Shown one piece after another: positions 18,040-26,108 of a stretch of DNA of 64,000 nt (the stretch's first letter is position 1; each line of letters opens with the position of its first letter). Source of the DNA: a virus. Taxonomy: Duplodnaviria > Caudoviricetes. A program made the position numbers and the translations under genes. Below the pieces are notes generated by a model. It saw only the letters and a list, made by a program, of their open reading frames with translations. It made no database searches and had not been told where the DNA came from. The stretch is from the IMG/VR virus record IMGVR_UViG_3300021560_000015, positions 12,954 through 76,953 of that record; one strand, 5' to 3'.

Positions 18040-18273
18040 TCAGTCCTCCAATGTGTAGACGAGACTGGTCTGGGGAGGGAGCATCCCCACCCCGATGGAC
18101 GAGATGCGTGACGGGTCGATGCGGTACTCCGGCACCAGGTACCAGCGGTGCAGGCCGTAGGCGTCCTTCCCGTCATAGAGCACATCGCAGCTGATCCTCT
18201 TGCCGTCAATCAGAACCAGGTGTACCCCGGTCGGCGGTTGTGGCGTCTCTTTCGTGCGCTTGCGCCGGAAGAT
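18040..18273 (-). CDS. Hypothetical protein lacking a canonical start codon
   Basis: Open frame ...VHLVLIDGKRISCDVLYDGKDAYGLHRW...VGMLPPQTSL...* fills the gap exactly. There is no ATG/GTG/TTG upstream of the coding body; an ATC at 18273 follows a GGAGG. Confidence 0.4.
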   Translation of the reverse strand: MFRRKRTKETPQPPTGVHLVLIDGKRISCDVLYDGKDAYGLHRWYLVPEYRIDPSRISSIGVGMLPPQTSLVYTLED

Positions 18274-18778
18274 CTCCGTTCCCTCCCTCGAGCAACATCA
18301 CCGATGCGATCGCTGCGGCATCCCAGATGCACCCGGACGCGCAGTCCCAGCCGTAGTACCAGTGGTATTCGGAGAGCCGGTAGTCCCACAGATACGGGCT
18401 GATGATGATGCCCTGGTAGGCCTGTGCGACCGCTCGCCAGTCCGGCTGTCCCTTCTCGAACAGGAAGCCACTCGAGTAGCGGTACATCGGATTCGGGATC
18501 CGGAACCGCTCATGGAACTCCTCGAACTCCCATGGCTTGCTGACATGCAGGACATTCGCATCGCCGGCCAGCGTGACCAGCCATGCGTGTCCGAGTCGAT
18601 CGACCGCGAACTCCTCGGCCGAGCACCAGTCGAGCCAGCTGTAGTCGCTGTCCTCGTCAGACACCCAGAAACCTCGAGGCTTGTAGAGGTGGATCAGCGA
18701 GGTGGGCTCGCCGTCGATCTGTAGCCGAGACTCGACTACCAGCGGGTCCTCCTCCTTGCGGTAGTGGATCAGGCGCAT
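18206..18778 (-). CDS. Conserved-looking phage hypothetical protein (possible ART-like fold)
   Basis: LIHY...KPRGFWVS...WLDWC...YQGIII...GWDCASGCIWD; SD AGGAAGG. Confidence 0.7.
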   Translation of the reverse strand: MRLIHYRKEEDPLVVESRLQIDGEPTSLIHLYKPRGFWVSDEDSDYSWLDWCSAEEFAVDRLGHAWLVTLAGDANVLHVSKPWEFEEFHERFRIPNPMYRYSSGFLFEKGQPDWRAVAQAYQGIIISPYLWDYRLSEYHWYYGWDCASGCIWDAAAIASVMLLEGGNGDLPAQAHERDATTADRGTPGSD

Positions 18779-18802
18779 TCCATCCCTTCCTGGTGGGTGT
18801 GG

Positions 18803-19489
18803 TTAGGCAGCCCGCAATTCTCTCGCACGCTGCGGAGCGGGTATTTCGATGTCGTGCCGGTATCTGCTCATGTTTGCCACGGCGAGGAAGCCCTCCTCGT
18901 CGTCCTGCAGCGCGAGCATCTGCGCGATGTAGGAGTCGGTGGTGGGCTCCTTGCCGTACAGGTGGGCACAGAACGAAGCCACTGCGTTCTCGCCCTCGAG
19001 CCCGTCCATCAACATGACGTTGCCGGACTTGCTACCCCGGCATTTGATCCGATACCGCCGGCCAGAAGGAACCAGCACATCGAAGTGCTTGTGTTCGGCC
19101 AGGTCAACCAGCTGCTGCGGGGAGAGCAGACTCTCCAGCAGCACCCGAGCGGTCACGTTGGCCTGCCGCTCCACCTCTTGGCGCTGCTGCAGCGCGGCCC
19201 GGTACTGCTGCTCACGTGCCTCACTCTCGGCACGTTCTTCTGCTGTCGGCACCCGGTACACCGCACCGCCACCGCCGGCGCCGATCGACACATACGGCGT
19301 GTTCCAGTACTCCCAGACGATGTTCGTGCTGACCGTCGTGGTGGTGGTGTTCCACCACTGCCAGGCACTGTCCGGGTATGGGACCCAACCGCCGGTAGAG
19401 GTCAGGGTGCCGCCGGTGCCACTGGCGGTGGTGTAACCACTGCTGCCACCACCGCCAGCACCCCAGACCTGGACCGGCACGTCAGCCAC
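18803..19489 (-). CDS. Hypothetical protein with a Trp/Thr/Gly-rich N-terminus and a Cys-His domain (possible E2-like)
   Basis: GTG at 19489 overlaps the upstream stop; C-terminal domain GRRYRI...GNV...FCAHLYGKEPTTDSYIAQML. Confidence 0.7.
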   Translation of the reverse strand: MADVPVQVWGAGGGGSSGYTTASGTGGTLTSTGGWVPYPDSAWQWWNTTTTTVSTNIVWEYWNTPYVSIGAGGGGAVYRVPTAEERAESEAREQQYRAALQQRQEVERQANVTARVLLESLLSPQQLVDLAEHKHFDVLVPSGRRYRIKCRGSKSGNVMLMDGLEGENAVASFCAHLYGKEPTTDSYIAQMLALQDDEEGFLAVANMSRYRHDIEIPAPQRARELRAA

Positions 19490-19715
19490 CCTGCATCGGC
19501 TTGACCAGGATGATGCGCTCGGCGCTCGCGTCGAACTCCCGGACCTGGGAGCCACGCTCGCCCTTGGCGCCCTGCGCGGCGTAGGCCAGCATGCCCTTCT
19601 TGCGGGCCGCAGTGAAGGCGGCCTTGGCGACCGCCACCTCCTCCGGGTTCTCGCTGTCCCACACGATCTTGGTGTCGCCCTCGTGGTTCAACTCGTGCAT
19701 CACTCCGGTGGTCAT
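19482..19715 (-). CDS. 77-aa protein ending in Gly-Gly (ubiquitin/ThiS-like candidate)
   Basis: SD GAAAGGGGG; ends ERIILVKPMQGG*. Confidence 0.8.
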   Translation of the reverse strand: MTTGVMHELNHEGDTKIVWDSENPEEVAVAKAAFTAARKKGMLAYAAQGAKGERGSQVREFDASAERIILVKPMQGG

Positions 19716-19749
19716 TACGACCCCCTTTCTGTGGGGTGGGTTGTTGGGG

Positions 19750-20133
19750 TTAGTCCTCTTCCTGCTCGGCCTTCAGCCATGCCTCCAGCCGGATCCGCTC
19801 CACGGAGCTGAGCGGCGGCCGGTCCATCAGAATCTCGCGGATGGACGGCTCATGCTTGCGCCGCGCCCTCGCATCCTCGTTCAGCAGCATCTGCGCCAGC
19901 GCCTCGAAGCGCCCGGTGATGACGTCCTCTGACTTCTCGATCATGCGGGCCACATCGGCGGCATATTTGTTCAGCCCAGCGTTGACCGCCTCGTCGATGC
20001 GGCGCTGGACTGATGGGCTCAGCGAATTGATCAGCGCGATCAGCTCGTTGCGCAGCTGCTTGGCTTCCTGGATCGTCTCGTGCAGCTCGCGAGTCACGGT
20101 GCGGAGGACCGTGATCTCGTCCTGCACCTTCAT
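19750..20133 (-). CDS. Helical hypothetical protein
   Basis: Coiled-coil-like; ATGA coupling with the upstream gene. Confidence 0.7.
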   Translation of the reverse strand: MKVQDEITVLRTVTRELHETIQEAKQLRNELIALINSLSPSVQRRIDEAVNAGLNKYAADVARMIEKSEDVITGRFEALAQMLLNEDARARRKHEPSIREILMDRPPLSSVERIRLEAWLKAEQEED

Positions 20134-20744
20134 GCGTTCGGCCCCGAACGGAGGCGGTGCACCACCGCCATCCGGGGCCGTTCCTCCTCCTCCCGCTGCT
20201 CACGCAGACGGGCAGCCTGGTCGCTCAGTACCCGCTTGAGTCGGTGCGCCTCGGTGATCGCGGACTGGAACAGTTCTTTGGCTTCCTCGATCCACAGCTC
20301 ATCGCCGGCCGCCTCCGCGTCCGCGGCATCCCAGGCCAGTCGATTGACATGGCGCTGGGTGCGTGCCTCGCGCAGGAAGCTGCGCCACAGTTCCATCGTC
20401 ACGCTGTTCTGGTACGCCGGCTTGGTCGGGGGCCGTGGCTGCGGCTCCGGCTCCAGCCAGTCGACGGGTAGCGGATCAGGGATCCGCGTCACGTACCGGC
20501 GAGACGTATCCGCATTGCGGGCCCGCAGATCGTTGCCGACCGTATCGAGCCCGACATCCAGCGCATGGCAGATCTGGATGCGGGTGGCACCCTGTCGCCA
20601 GAGCTTCATCACCGCATCGCGCCGTGCATTCTTCTCGTCCTGGGTGATGCGGCGAGCCGGCTGTGGCCGGCCATTCGCATCTCTGTGCATCGGGATCCGA
20701 TGACCATAGGTATCGGAGTGGTACTCGACCGTTTTCTTACTCAC
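20130..20744 (-). CDS. HTH DNA-binding protein
   Basis: VMKLWRQGATRIQICHALDVGLDTVGNDL helix-turn-helix. Confidence 0.65.
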   Translation of the reverse strand: MSKKTVEYHSDTYGHRIPMHRDANGRPQPARRITQDEKNARRDAVMKLWRQGATRIQICHALDVGLDTVGNDLRARNADTSRRYVTRIPDPLPVDWLEPEPQPRPPTKPAYQNSVTMELWRSFLREARTQRHVNRLAWDAADAEAAGDELWIEEAKELFQSAITEAHRLKRVLSDQAARLREQREEEERPRMAVVHRLRSGPNA

Positions 20745-21616
20745 TTCAATCGCCCCGTGCGCTTGCCGCGGTTGTACTCAGCTACGAACCGATCGAACAG
20801 CGTCTTGTGCGGTGGCTGCTTGTCATCGCCTTTGCCGATGGAGCGCCACTGCATAGCCGGCTTCATCTTCATCCTGGTGGCCAGGTGGTCGCTGTCCACC
20901 TCATCCCACCATTTGCGGTGCATGTCTGCGACAGCGAGCAGGATGTTGAAGTCCCACCGGCTGGTGGCCGAGTCGTGGTCGTAGGTCGGCCACGCCTCCA
21001 TGACCGTCAGGAGGGTGCGCGCCAGCAGCTCGGCGCCATCCTCCGGGGTGTACTGGTGGCCATGCACGATCGTCTTGATGGTGGCCACGCAGGAGATAGT
21101 CATGTTGGAGGGCTTGTGCCCGAGCCGCAGACCCATCTCCTCGAGCACCTTGGTGGCCTGCACCTCATGCGGGTGCTCGGAGTGCAGGGCGCTCATCCAC
21201 TTCTCGTATGCACTGTGGGTGGCTCGGCCGCGCACAATGTCCAATGCCAGCTGTGCCTGCTTCGGGGTGGTCAGCGACTCCGGTAGCACCATGCACCAGA
21301 TCAGCATGTCCGGGTCGAGATCGCGCACCGCCTTGACTCGGTGCTGCCCCTCGACCACGACGTAGCCGGCCTCGGTGAAGACCACAGTCGGGGTCTCGAA
21401 CATGGCCCAGTCGAACTCGTTGACGATGTTCCGGACGCGGTCCTCGGTCAACTCCCGCTGTGCACGAGCGTCGATGATCAGGTCTCGTGCGGCGATCTGC
21501 TCGGGGACCCGTGGGTCCGGGGATAGTGGTTGGTTCTTACCGCGGGCTGCCGTCATGGCAGCACCTCTTTTCCTTCGCTTCGGCGCAACCTTTGCGCCGC
21601 TGGTGGGTGTGGACAT
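20741..21616 (-). CDS. ParB-N/DGQHR-type protein (DUF6551-like), copy 2
   Basis: LIIDARAQREL...FDW..F..P.V.....YVVVEGQHR; SD GAAAGGAAG before ATG 21616. Confidence 0.7.
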   Translation of the reverse strand: MSTPTSGAKVAPKRRKRGAAMTAARGKNQPLSPDPRVPEQIAARDLIIDARAQRELTEDRVRNIVNEFDWAMFETPTVVFTEAGYVVVEGQHRVKAVRDLDPDMLIWCMVLPESLTTPKQAQLALDIVRGRATHSAYEKWMSALHSEHPHEVQATKVLEEMGLRLGHKPSNMTISCVATIKTIVHGHQYTPEDGAELLARTLLTVMEAWPTYDHDSATSRWDFNILLAVADMHRKWWDEVDSDHLATRMKMKPAMQWRSIGKGDDKQPPHKTLFDRFVAEYNRGKRTGRLK

Positions 21617-21641
21617 AGCCACTTCCTTTCTGTTGGGGTTT

Positions 21642-21818
21642 CTAGAAGACAGCACCCTGCTGCTTCTCCCAGCGAGCGCACTCCCGGCACACGTCCCATA
21701 CGTGGCCGGGGGTGTCGCTCACGGGTTCCATCGAGATCCGCAGCATTGCTCTGCAGCAGATCTGGCAGATGATGAGGCCGGTCCTGCGCCTCATCTCGAT
21801 GGAGATCTGCGGGTCCAT
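21642..21818 (-). CDS. Small zinc-binding protein
   Basis: CQIC...CREC; TAATG coupling. Confidence 0.6.
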   Translation of the reverse strand: MDPQISIEMRRRTGLIICQICCRAMLRISMEPVSDTPGHVWDVCRECARWEKQQGAVF

Positions 21819-22180
21819 TACTCGGCCAGATAGACCTGGGTGGTGCCGGCGAATGCCTCTTGCCATTCCCACTTGTCCAGCACGTAGCGCCGGAAGTCCC
21901 TGCTGGATAGTTCGATCTCATCCTGGGTGTGCCACTGCAGTTCTGCGATGGCCTGCTCGTACTCTTCGGCATACGAGCGCGGCACCGGCATCCGGGCAAG
22001 CACAGCCAGGTCGATCGGGTTGCCTCGGCGGGCGTCCATCAGCCGCCGCTCCAACTCCAGACTGACCTTCTTCCGGTACGCCTCCTGGGCCAGATCCACC
22101 CTGGTCTGGTGGGTCTTCAGGTTGGTGCGTAGCTTGTCGATCAGTTCGTTCTTGTTGACGGTGATCGGGTTGTCCATCAC
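21818..22180 (-). CDS. Hypothetical protein
   Basis: ITVNKNELIDKLRTN...YEQAIAELQW...F.RYVLDKWEW; coupled ORF with good codon usage. Confidence 0.75.
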   Translation of the reverse strand: MMDNPITVNKNELIDKLRTNLKTHQTRVDLAQEAYRKKVSLELERRLMDARRGNPIDLAVLARMPVPRSYAEEYEQAIAELQWHTQDEIELSSRDFRRYVLDKWEWQEAFAGTTQVYLAE

Positions 22181-22548
22181 GTGACCTCGAGCGTGTCGGC
22201 TGCCTGACCCAGCTGCTTGGCGATGTCCTCCACCGTGGTGGTGGGCTTGTCGCTCCAGCTGGTGACGGTGTGACCGCCGAGCTGGGCCTCGAGCTGCTTG
22301 CTGATGATCCGCTCGGCATAGCCGGCGTTGGTCCGGGAGCCGATGCTCAGGGCCGGCGCGCTCAGCATTCCTGTCTCGTCCAGCTGGTAGCCCAGTCCTT
22401 GCTCAGCCAGTGCCACTCGGATCGCACCGAGCGTGCAGACCCGACCGCTAGCGTCCTGGAAGGACCCGGTGGCCTTGCCCTTACTCTGGACGATCTCAGC
22501 CGCTCGCCGGGCAATAGCAGCGATCCTCTTCATGCCGATCATTCGCAC
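22177..22548 (-). CDS. DUF6197-like protein, paralog A
   Basis: RAAEIV...G...GRVCTLGAI...SWSD...EDIAK pattern. Confidence 0.65.
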   Translation of the reverse strand: MRMIGMKRIAAIARRAAEIVQSKGKATGSFQDASGRVCTLGAIRVALAEQGLGYQLDETGMLSAPALSIGSRTNAGYAERIISKQLEAQLGGHTVTSWSDKPTTTVEDIAKQLGQAADTLEVT

Positions 22549-22928
22549 ACCTCGATCTCATCCGCGACCTGCAGATAGGCCTTAGCGATGTCCTCCGCGC
22601 TGTTGCCGGGGAGTGTTGCGTCATTCCACTCCGGCACCGTCATGGGCCTGGGCAGGTTCGAGATCTGGCGCATCTTGCGCTGGAAGGATTCGACGATCAT
22701 CTCCTCGCAGCGCGCTGCGTCAGGGCGGCTCAGACCACCCGCGTCGACACCGCGCAGCGGGTTGAACCGCCAGCCCAGATCCTGCTCGGCCATCGCCAGC
22801 CGCAGCGCGCCGATCGCGCACACCCGGCCGGTGGCGCTGTCATAGAGCTCATGCTTGGTCTTGCCGCGGACTTGGATGATCTCGGCCGCACGTCTTGCGA
22901 TTGCTGCGATCTGCTTGACGCCGATCAT
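22539..22928 (-). CDS. DUF6197-like protein, paralog B
   Basis: RAAEII...G...GRVCAIGAL...WND...EDIAK; N-terminus nearly identical to paralog A. Confidence 0.65.
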   Translation of the reverse strand: MIGVKQIAAIARRAAEIIQVRGKTKHELYDSATGRVCAIGALRLAMAEQDLGWRFNPLRGVDAGGLSRPDAARCEEMIVESFQRKMRQISNLPRPMTVPEWNDATLPGNSAEDIAKAYLQVADEIEVCE

Positions 22929-23007
22929 TGAGCCTCCTGTAGCTCATAGGTGGGTGTGGGCCAGGCCGGGGGGTGCTGGATAGGACCACCCCCCGGACTG
23001 GCAGCTC

Positions 23008-23274
23008 TTACTTCAGGTGAATGCGGTACAAGTTGCCTGCGTTCAGCGACTTGTTCCAGTTGAACACCGCCTGGGCCTGGGCCCGCACCGGCACACCGGT
23101 ATAGGCCGAGAGCACCCGCTGCACCTTGTTGTCCTTGACAATGGCCACTCGCATCGTGTGCGAGAGTTTGCTCGCCCAGATCTCCTCACTGACCTGCAGT
23201 TCGATCGGCACGAGCAGGGTGAAGACTGCAGTGTCGCCGAAGCGGCGGACCGGCACGTCCTTCATGGTTGGCAT
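23008..23274 (-). CDS. Hypothetical protein
   Basis: SD GGAGG; 88 aa; followed by a hairpin at ~22960-22992. Confidence 0.65.
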   Translation of the reverse strand: MPTMKDVPVRRFGDTAVFTLLVPIELQVSEEIWASKLSHTMRVAIVKDNKVQRVLSAYTGVPVRAQAQAVFNWNKSLNAGNLYRIHLK

Positions 23275-23285
23275 TGCTTACCTCC

Positions 23286-23786
23286 TCACTTCCGGGCTTG
23301 AGATCTCTTGATCCGTTCCCAGACCTTCTCGCCATGCTCGGTACGTACGTGCGCGCCGTACCCCTGACCGAGCTGGGCCAGGAAGCCACACTGCTCGCAC
23401 TCGATGGACTCGCCGGCCGGCGGAACCTGACGGCTCGCTTCGACCCGGTCAATGCCGTGAATGCTCACCATGTGGCCGATCGTTCCGGTCCGTCCGGTGC
23501 GCGGCTCGTGGCAGATCGGGCAGCGGAACTTGCCATAGGTGGGTGCTGGAGCAATGACCGCCGGCCGCAGGCCGAAGATCTCACCCTCGCTGAGCGTCCC
23601 GTATTGATTCAGGAACTCCTGGGTCAACTCGCCCAGCACCAGCTTCGTGGCGTGCTCGGTGCACAGGTCCAAGTCGTAGGGCTTTGAGTCATCCAGCGTG
23701 ATCGTGACGCTGTAGGACGCTTCCACCTCACGACTGTCCATCACCCAGTCGACGCCGCAGAACTTCAACACGATGGGCCTACGCAC
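23286..23786 (-). CDS. Lsr2-like dimerisation domain fused to two C2H2 zinc fingers
   Basis: VTITLDDSKPYDLDLCTEHATKL resembles the Lsr2 N-domain; CPIC-x12-H-x4-H and CEQC-x12-H-x4-H; GTG at 23786 overlaps the upstream stop. Confidence 0.65.
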   Translation of the reverse strand: MRRPIVLKFCGVDWVMDSREVEASYSVTITLDDSKPYDLDLCTEHATKLVLGELTQEFLNQYGTLSEGEIFGLRPAVIAPAPTYGKFRCPICHEPRTGRTGTIGHMVSIHGIDRVEASRQVPPAGESIECEQCGFLAQLGQGYGAHVRTEHGEKVWERIKRSQARK

Positions 23787-24198
23787 TTTCAGCACCGCCC
23801 ATCGCGGCGTGCACAAGGTCGTAGATGTCGCCCTCGGCCTCGACCACCGTGCGTGTTGCGAGCGCTGCCAATCGGACATAGTTCATGCCCTGCCGGTTGA
23901 TCCGGCCAGCACCCGGCGGCATGTAGTAGTCCTTGTCCAGGATGGGTGTCCACTTCTTGAGGACCGCCCCGGTGCGTGGGTTGATGATGCGGTACTTGAA
24001 CCCCTCGCATTCCTGGCAGCGCAGGATTTCGGACTCTTCCTTGCCGTTCGTGATGCCGGTGTAGAACTTCCATGAGTGCCACACCGAGCGACAGCGCAGC
24101 ACTGCCGGCTCGGTTGCGGCCCAGTGGTCGATCTGCTGTTGCACCACTCGCGCTGTTGCGTACTTCGGTTTTCTGACGTACTGCGTGGTAGCCACCAT
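23779..24198 (-). CDS. Hypothetical protein (C/H-containing, possible zinc binding)
   Basis: CRSVWH...CQEC; SD GAAAGGAAG. Confidence 0.7.
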   Translation of the reverse strand: MVATTQYVRKPKYATARVVQQQIDHWAATEPAVLRCRSVWHSWKFYTGITNGKEESEILRCQECEGFKYRIINPRTGAVLKKWTPILDKDYYMPPGAGRINRQGMNYVRLAALATRTVVEAEGDIYDLVHAAMGGAESA

Positions 24199-24213
24199 TC
24201 ACTTCCTTTCCTA

Positions 24214-24693
24214 TTAGTGGTGGGTGGTGGGGAACCTGCCGAGGATCGGCAGGTCCTTGAATCCGTAGCCCGGATCGTTGGGCCAACGGTGTTCAAGATC
24301 TTCAAAGACCAACTGGAACGCCCGGATGTCTTCGCCGTAGAAGTAGCGCGCCAGGGTCAGGTCGGATAGGTCATCCGCCTCGATCAACATGCCGTGGTAG
24401 TCGTTCTGGAACTCGATCAGCACGCCGGGCGCGAACAGTTCGCCGCCAGCGGCCCGCTTGGCCAGGTCGTTGAGCGTGACCTTGCCGGACTCCAGGTTCA
24501 GCCCGTACTCGATGAACTCGGGCAGGCCCTTGTCCGCCAGCCCGACCGTGTAGCAGAACTCGTATCGCTGGTTTGGCTCGGTGTCCTGGGTGGGGAAGAC
24601 GCCCTGCACCATCCAGCCGTAGTGGGCGATCAGTGTCAGGCACTCGGCGTTGTAAGCAGCTCGGCGGAGCTGCTTCTCCATCTCGTCCATCAC
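24214..24693 (-). CDS. DUF4262 family protein
   Basis: I..YGW.VQGV...F.YTVGL...GLPE.I..GL...Q.V..D....WP..PGY. Confidence 0.75.
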   Translation of the reverse strand: MMDEMEKQLRRAAYNAECLTLIAHYGWMVQGVFPTQDTEPNQRYEFCYTVGLADKGLPEFIEYGLNLESGKVTLNDLAKRAAGGELFAPGVLIEFQNDYHGMLIEADDLSDLTLARYFYGEDIRAFQLVFEDLEHRWPNDPGYGFKDLPILGRFPTTHH

Positions 24694-24896
24694 AGATCAG
24701 CCGGCTTGCCGATACCCGGAAAGTTGTAGTCGCCGCTCAGCACGGCCGCGATCTCGGCAGCTTCCGCCTCCCGAAACTTCGGGTGCTCCCGTTCCTTTGT
24801 CTTGCAGTCCATGCAAATGGTGTCGGTATTGAAATAGCTGGTGGTGTAGATCCCTGTCTCGGTGTTGCACCGGTCGCAAATCATTAGCCGCTCCAT
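24690..24896 (-). CDS. Small zinc-finger protein
   Basis: CDRC...SYFNTDTICMDC...GDYNFPGIG. Confidence 0.75.
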   Translation of the reverse strand: MERLMICDRCNTETGIYTTSYFNTDTICMDCKTKEREHPKFREAEAAEIAAVLSGDYNFPGIGKPADL

Positions 24897-25114
24897 TCGC
24901 AGGTCTGACCAACCAGCGCGCGATTGTCAGACTCGATGACGGTGACGATGTGGGTGGCTGCCATCGACCGCCCGTCCGGGGTGTTGTCCGGGTGGCCGTG
25001 CCCGCAACCAGTGAGCTCGAATGCCCTGTCCTGCCAGTCCTCTTCGTCGGGCAGGTCGAAGGTCTCCTCGCATTCATGGCCATCGGCGTACACGTTCTCG
25101 ATCAGAATCTTCAT
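24884..25114 (-). CDS. Hypothetical protein
   Basis: SD GGAGGAAG before ATG 25114; acidic, TGCGHG motif. Confidence 0.7.
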   Translation of the reverse strand: MKILIENVYADGHECEETFDLPDEEDWQDRAFELTGCGHGHPDNTPDGRSMAATHIVTVIESDNRALVGQTCEWSG

Positions 25115-25338
25115 GGCTTCCTCCGCTCTGGCTTGTAGAAGCCGCCCTGGTAGCGCCAATGGGCTTTCCAGCAGACCTCGCAGATGTCGTGGCCGCTGGT
25201 CCGTCGCCAGCCGGCGCTTCTGGCCAGGGCGAGGGCCTGCGCGGGCGTGCGGACACCGACGACCGGTAACTTGCTCCGGCCGCCGATGCCCACACACTCA
25301 GGTACCTCGCACACCACGATGAAGGTGTGCTCGATCAT
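25111..25338 (-). CDS. Small zinc-ribbon protein
   Basis: CEVPEC...GW...DICEVC. Confidence 0.65.
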   Translation of the reverse strand: MIEHTFIVVCEVPECVGIGGRSKLPVVGVRTPAQALALARSAGWRRTSGHDICEVCWKAHWRYQGGFYKPERRKP

Positions 25339-25677
25339 CTAGAACGTCCGCTGCGGCTCAATGCTGAAGGTGATTGCGCCGGGCGCGCATATCCAGGTTC
25401 GATGGGCCTTGCCCCAGCCGTCGTAGCGGTTGATGAACTGCTGGGCCTCGAGCGGCAGGTCAGCCCAGTAGGTCAGGCCATCCCTGCCCCGCCATTGCGC
25501 CTGGGTGCCGCTGACCCGCACCTCGCGCATGCCGAGCGAGAGCAGCGCCTGCGCGATGGCGCAGCGCGCCCCGTTACCCGGAGTGCCGATGCGGATGTGC
25601 TGCTCCGTCACCTCCACGATGAGCAGCGGATCGGGGGGCAGCTGGGTGGTCTCGATCTCGGGCAGCACCGCAGTCAT
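25339..25677 (-). CDS. Hypothetical protein, LPPDP paralog A
   Basis: LPPDP.LIVEVT..HI..G.PG....CAIAQAL; SD AAAGGA. Confidence 0.7.
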   Translation of the reverse strand: MTAVLPEIETTQLPPDPLLIVEVTEQHIRIGTPGNGARCAIAQALLSLGMREVRVSGTQAQWRGRDGLTYWADLPLEAQQFINRYDGWGKAHRTWICAPGAITFSIEPQRTF

Positions 25678-25700
25678 TACTGATCCTTTCGAGAAGATGT

Positions 25701-26108
25701 TCATCCTTCGTTGACCCCCGCCTGCACCTCGAGGGTGAAGGTCAGCGGTTCCGGGCATTCGTAGTACTCGCTCTCGCAGCAGCCATCGCAGAAGTCGTCG
25801 GTGCAGTCGTCATAGTGGTCATCGCTGCCATCGTCGTTCTCGCCCCACTTGTCGTAGGCACGGATGAACTCATCGGCCTCCGGCGGCAGGTTCGCCCAGT
25901 ACCACTCGTTCTCCGTGGTGCGCCACTGGGCCTGAGTGGCCACCTGCACGCTGTGGAATCCCTTGCGCAGCAGCACCTGCGCGATAGCACAGCTGCTCGC
26001 ATCGCCGGGAGTGCCGTTCTCGATGTCGCTCTGGGTCACCTCGATGACCATCAGGGGATCGGGCGGCAGCTCGGTGAGCGTGAGTTGCTCCGAGAGAGTG
26101 CTGGTCAT
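25701..26108 (-). CDS. Hypothetical protein, LPPDP paralog B
   Basis: Same motif as paralog A plus an acidic Cys-rich insert (CTDDFCDGCCESE). Confidence 0.7.
   Translation of the reverse strand: MTSTLSEQLTLTELPPDPLMVIEVTQSDIENGTPGDASSCAIAQVLLRKGFHSVQVATQAQWRTTENEWYWANLPPEADEFIRAYDKWGENDDGSDDHYDDCTDDFCDGCCESEYYECPEPLTFTLEVQAGVNEG

Noticed and set aside
19482-19715. Pup (prokaryotic ubiquitin-like protein) homolog
   Set aside because: Pup is disordered and ends GGQ/GGE; this ORF ends at GG and looks folded, so it is a beta-grasp candidate instead.
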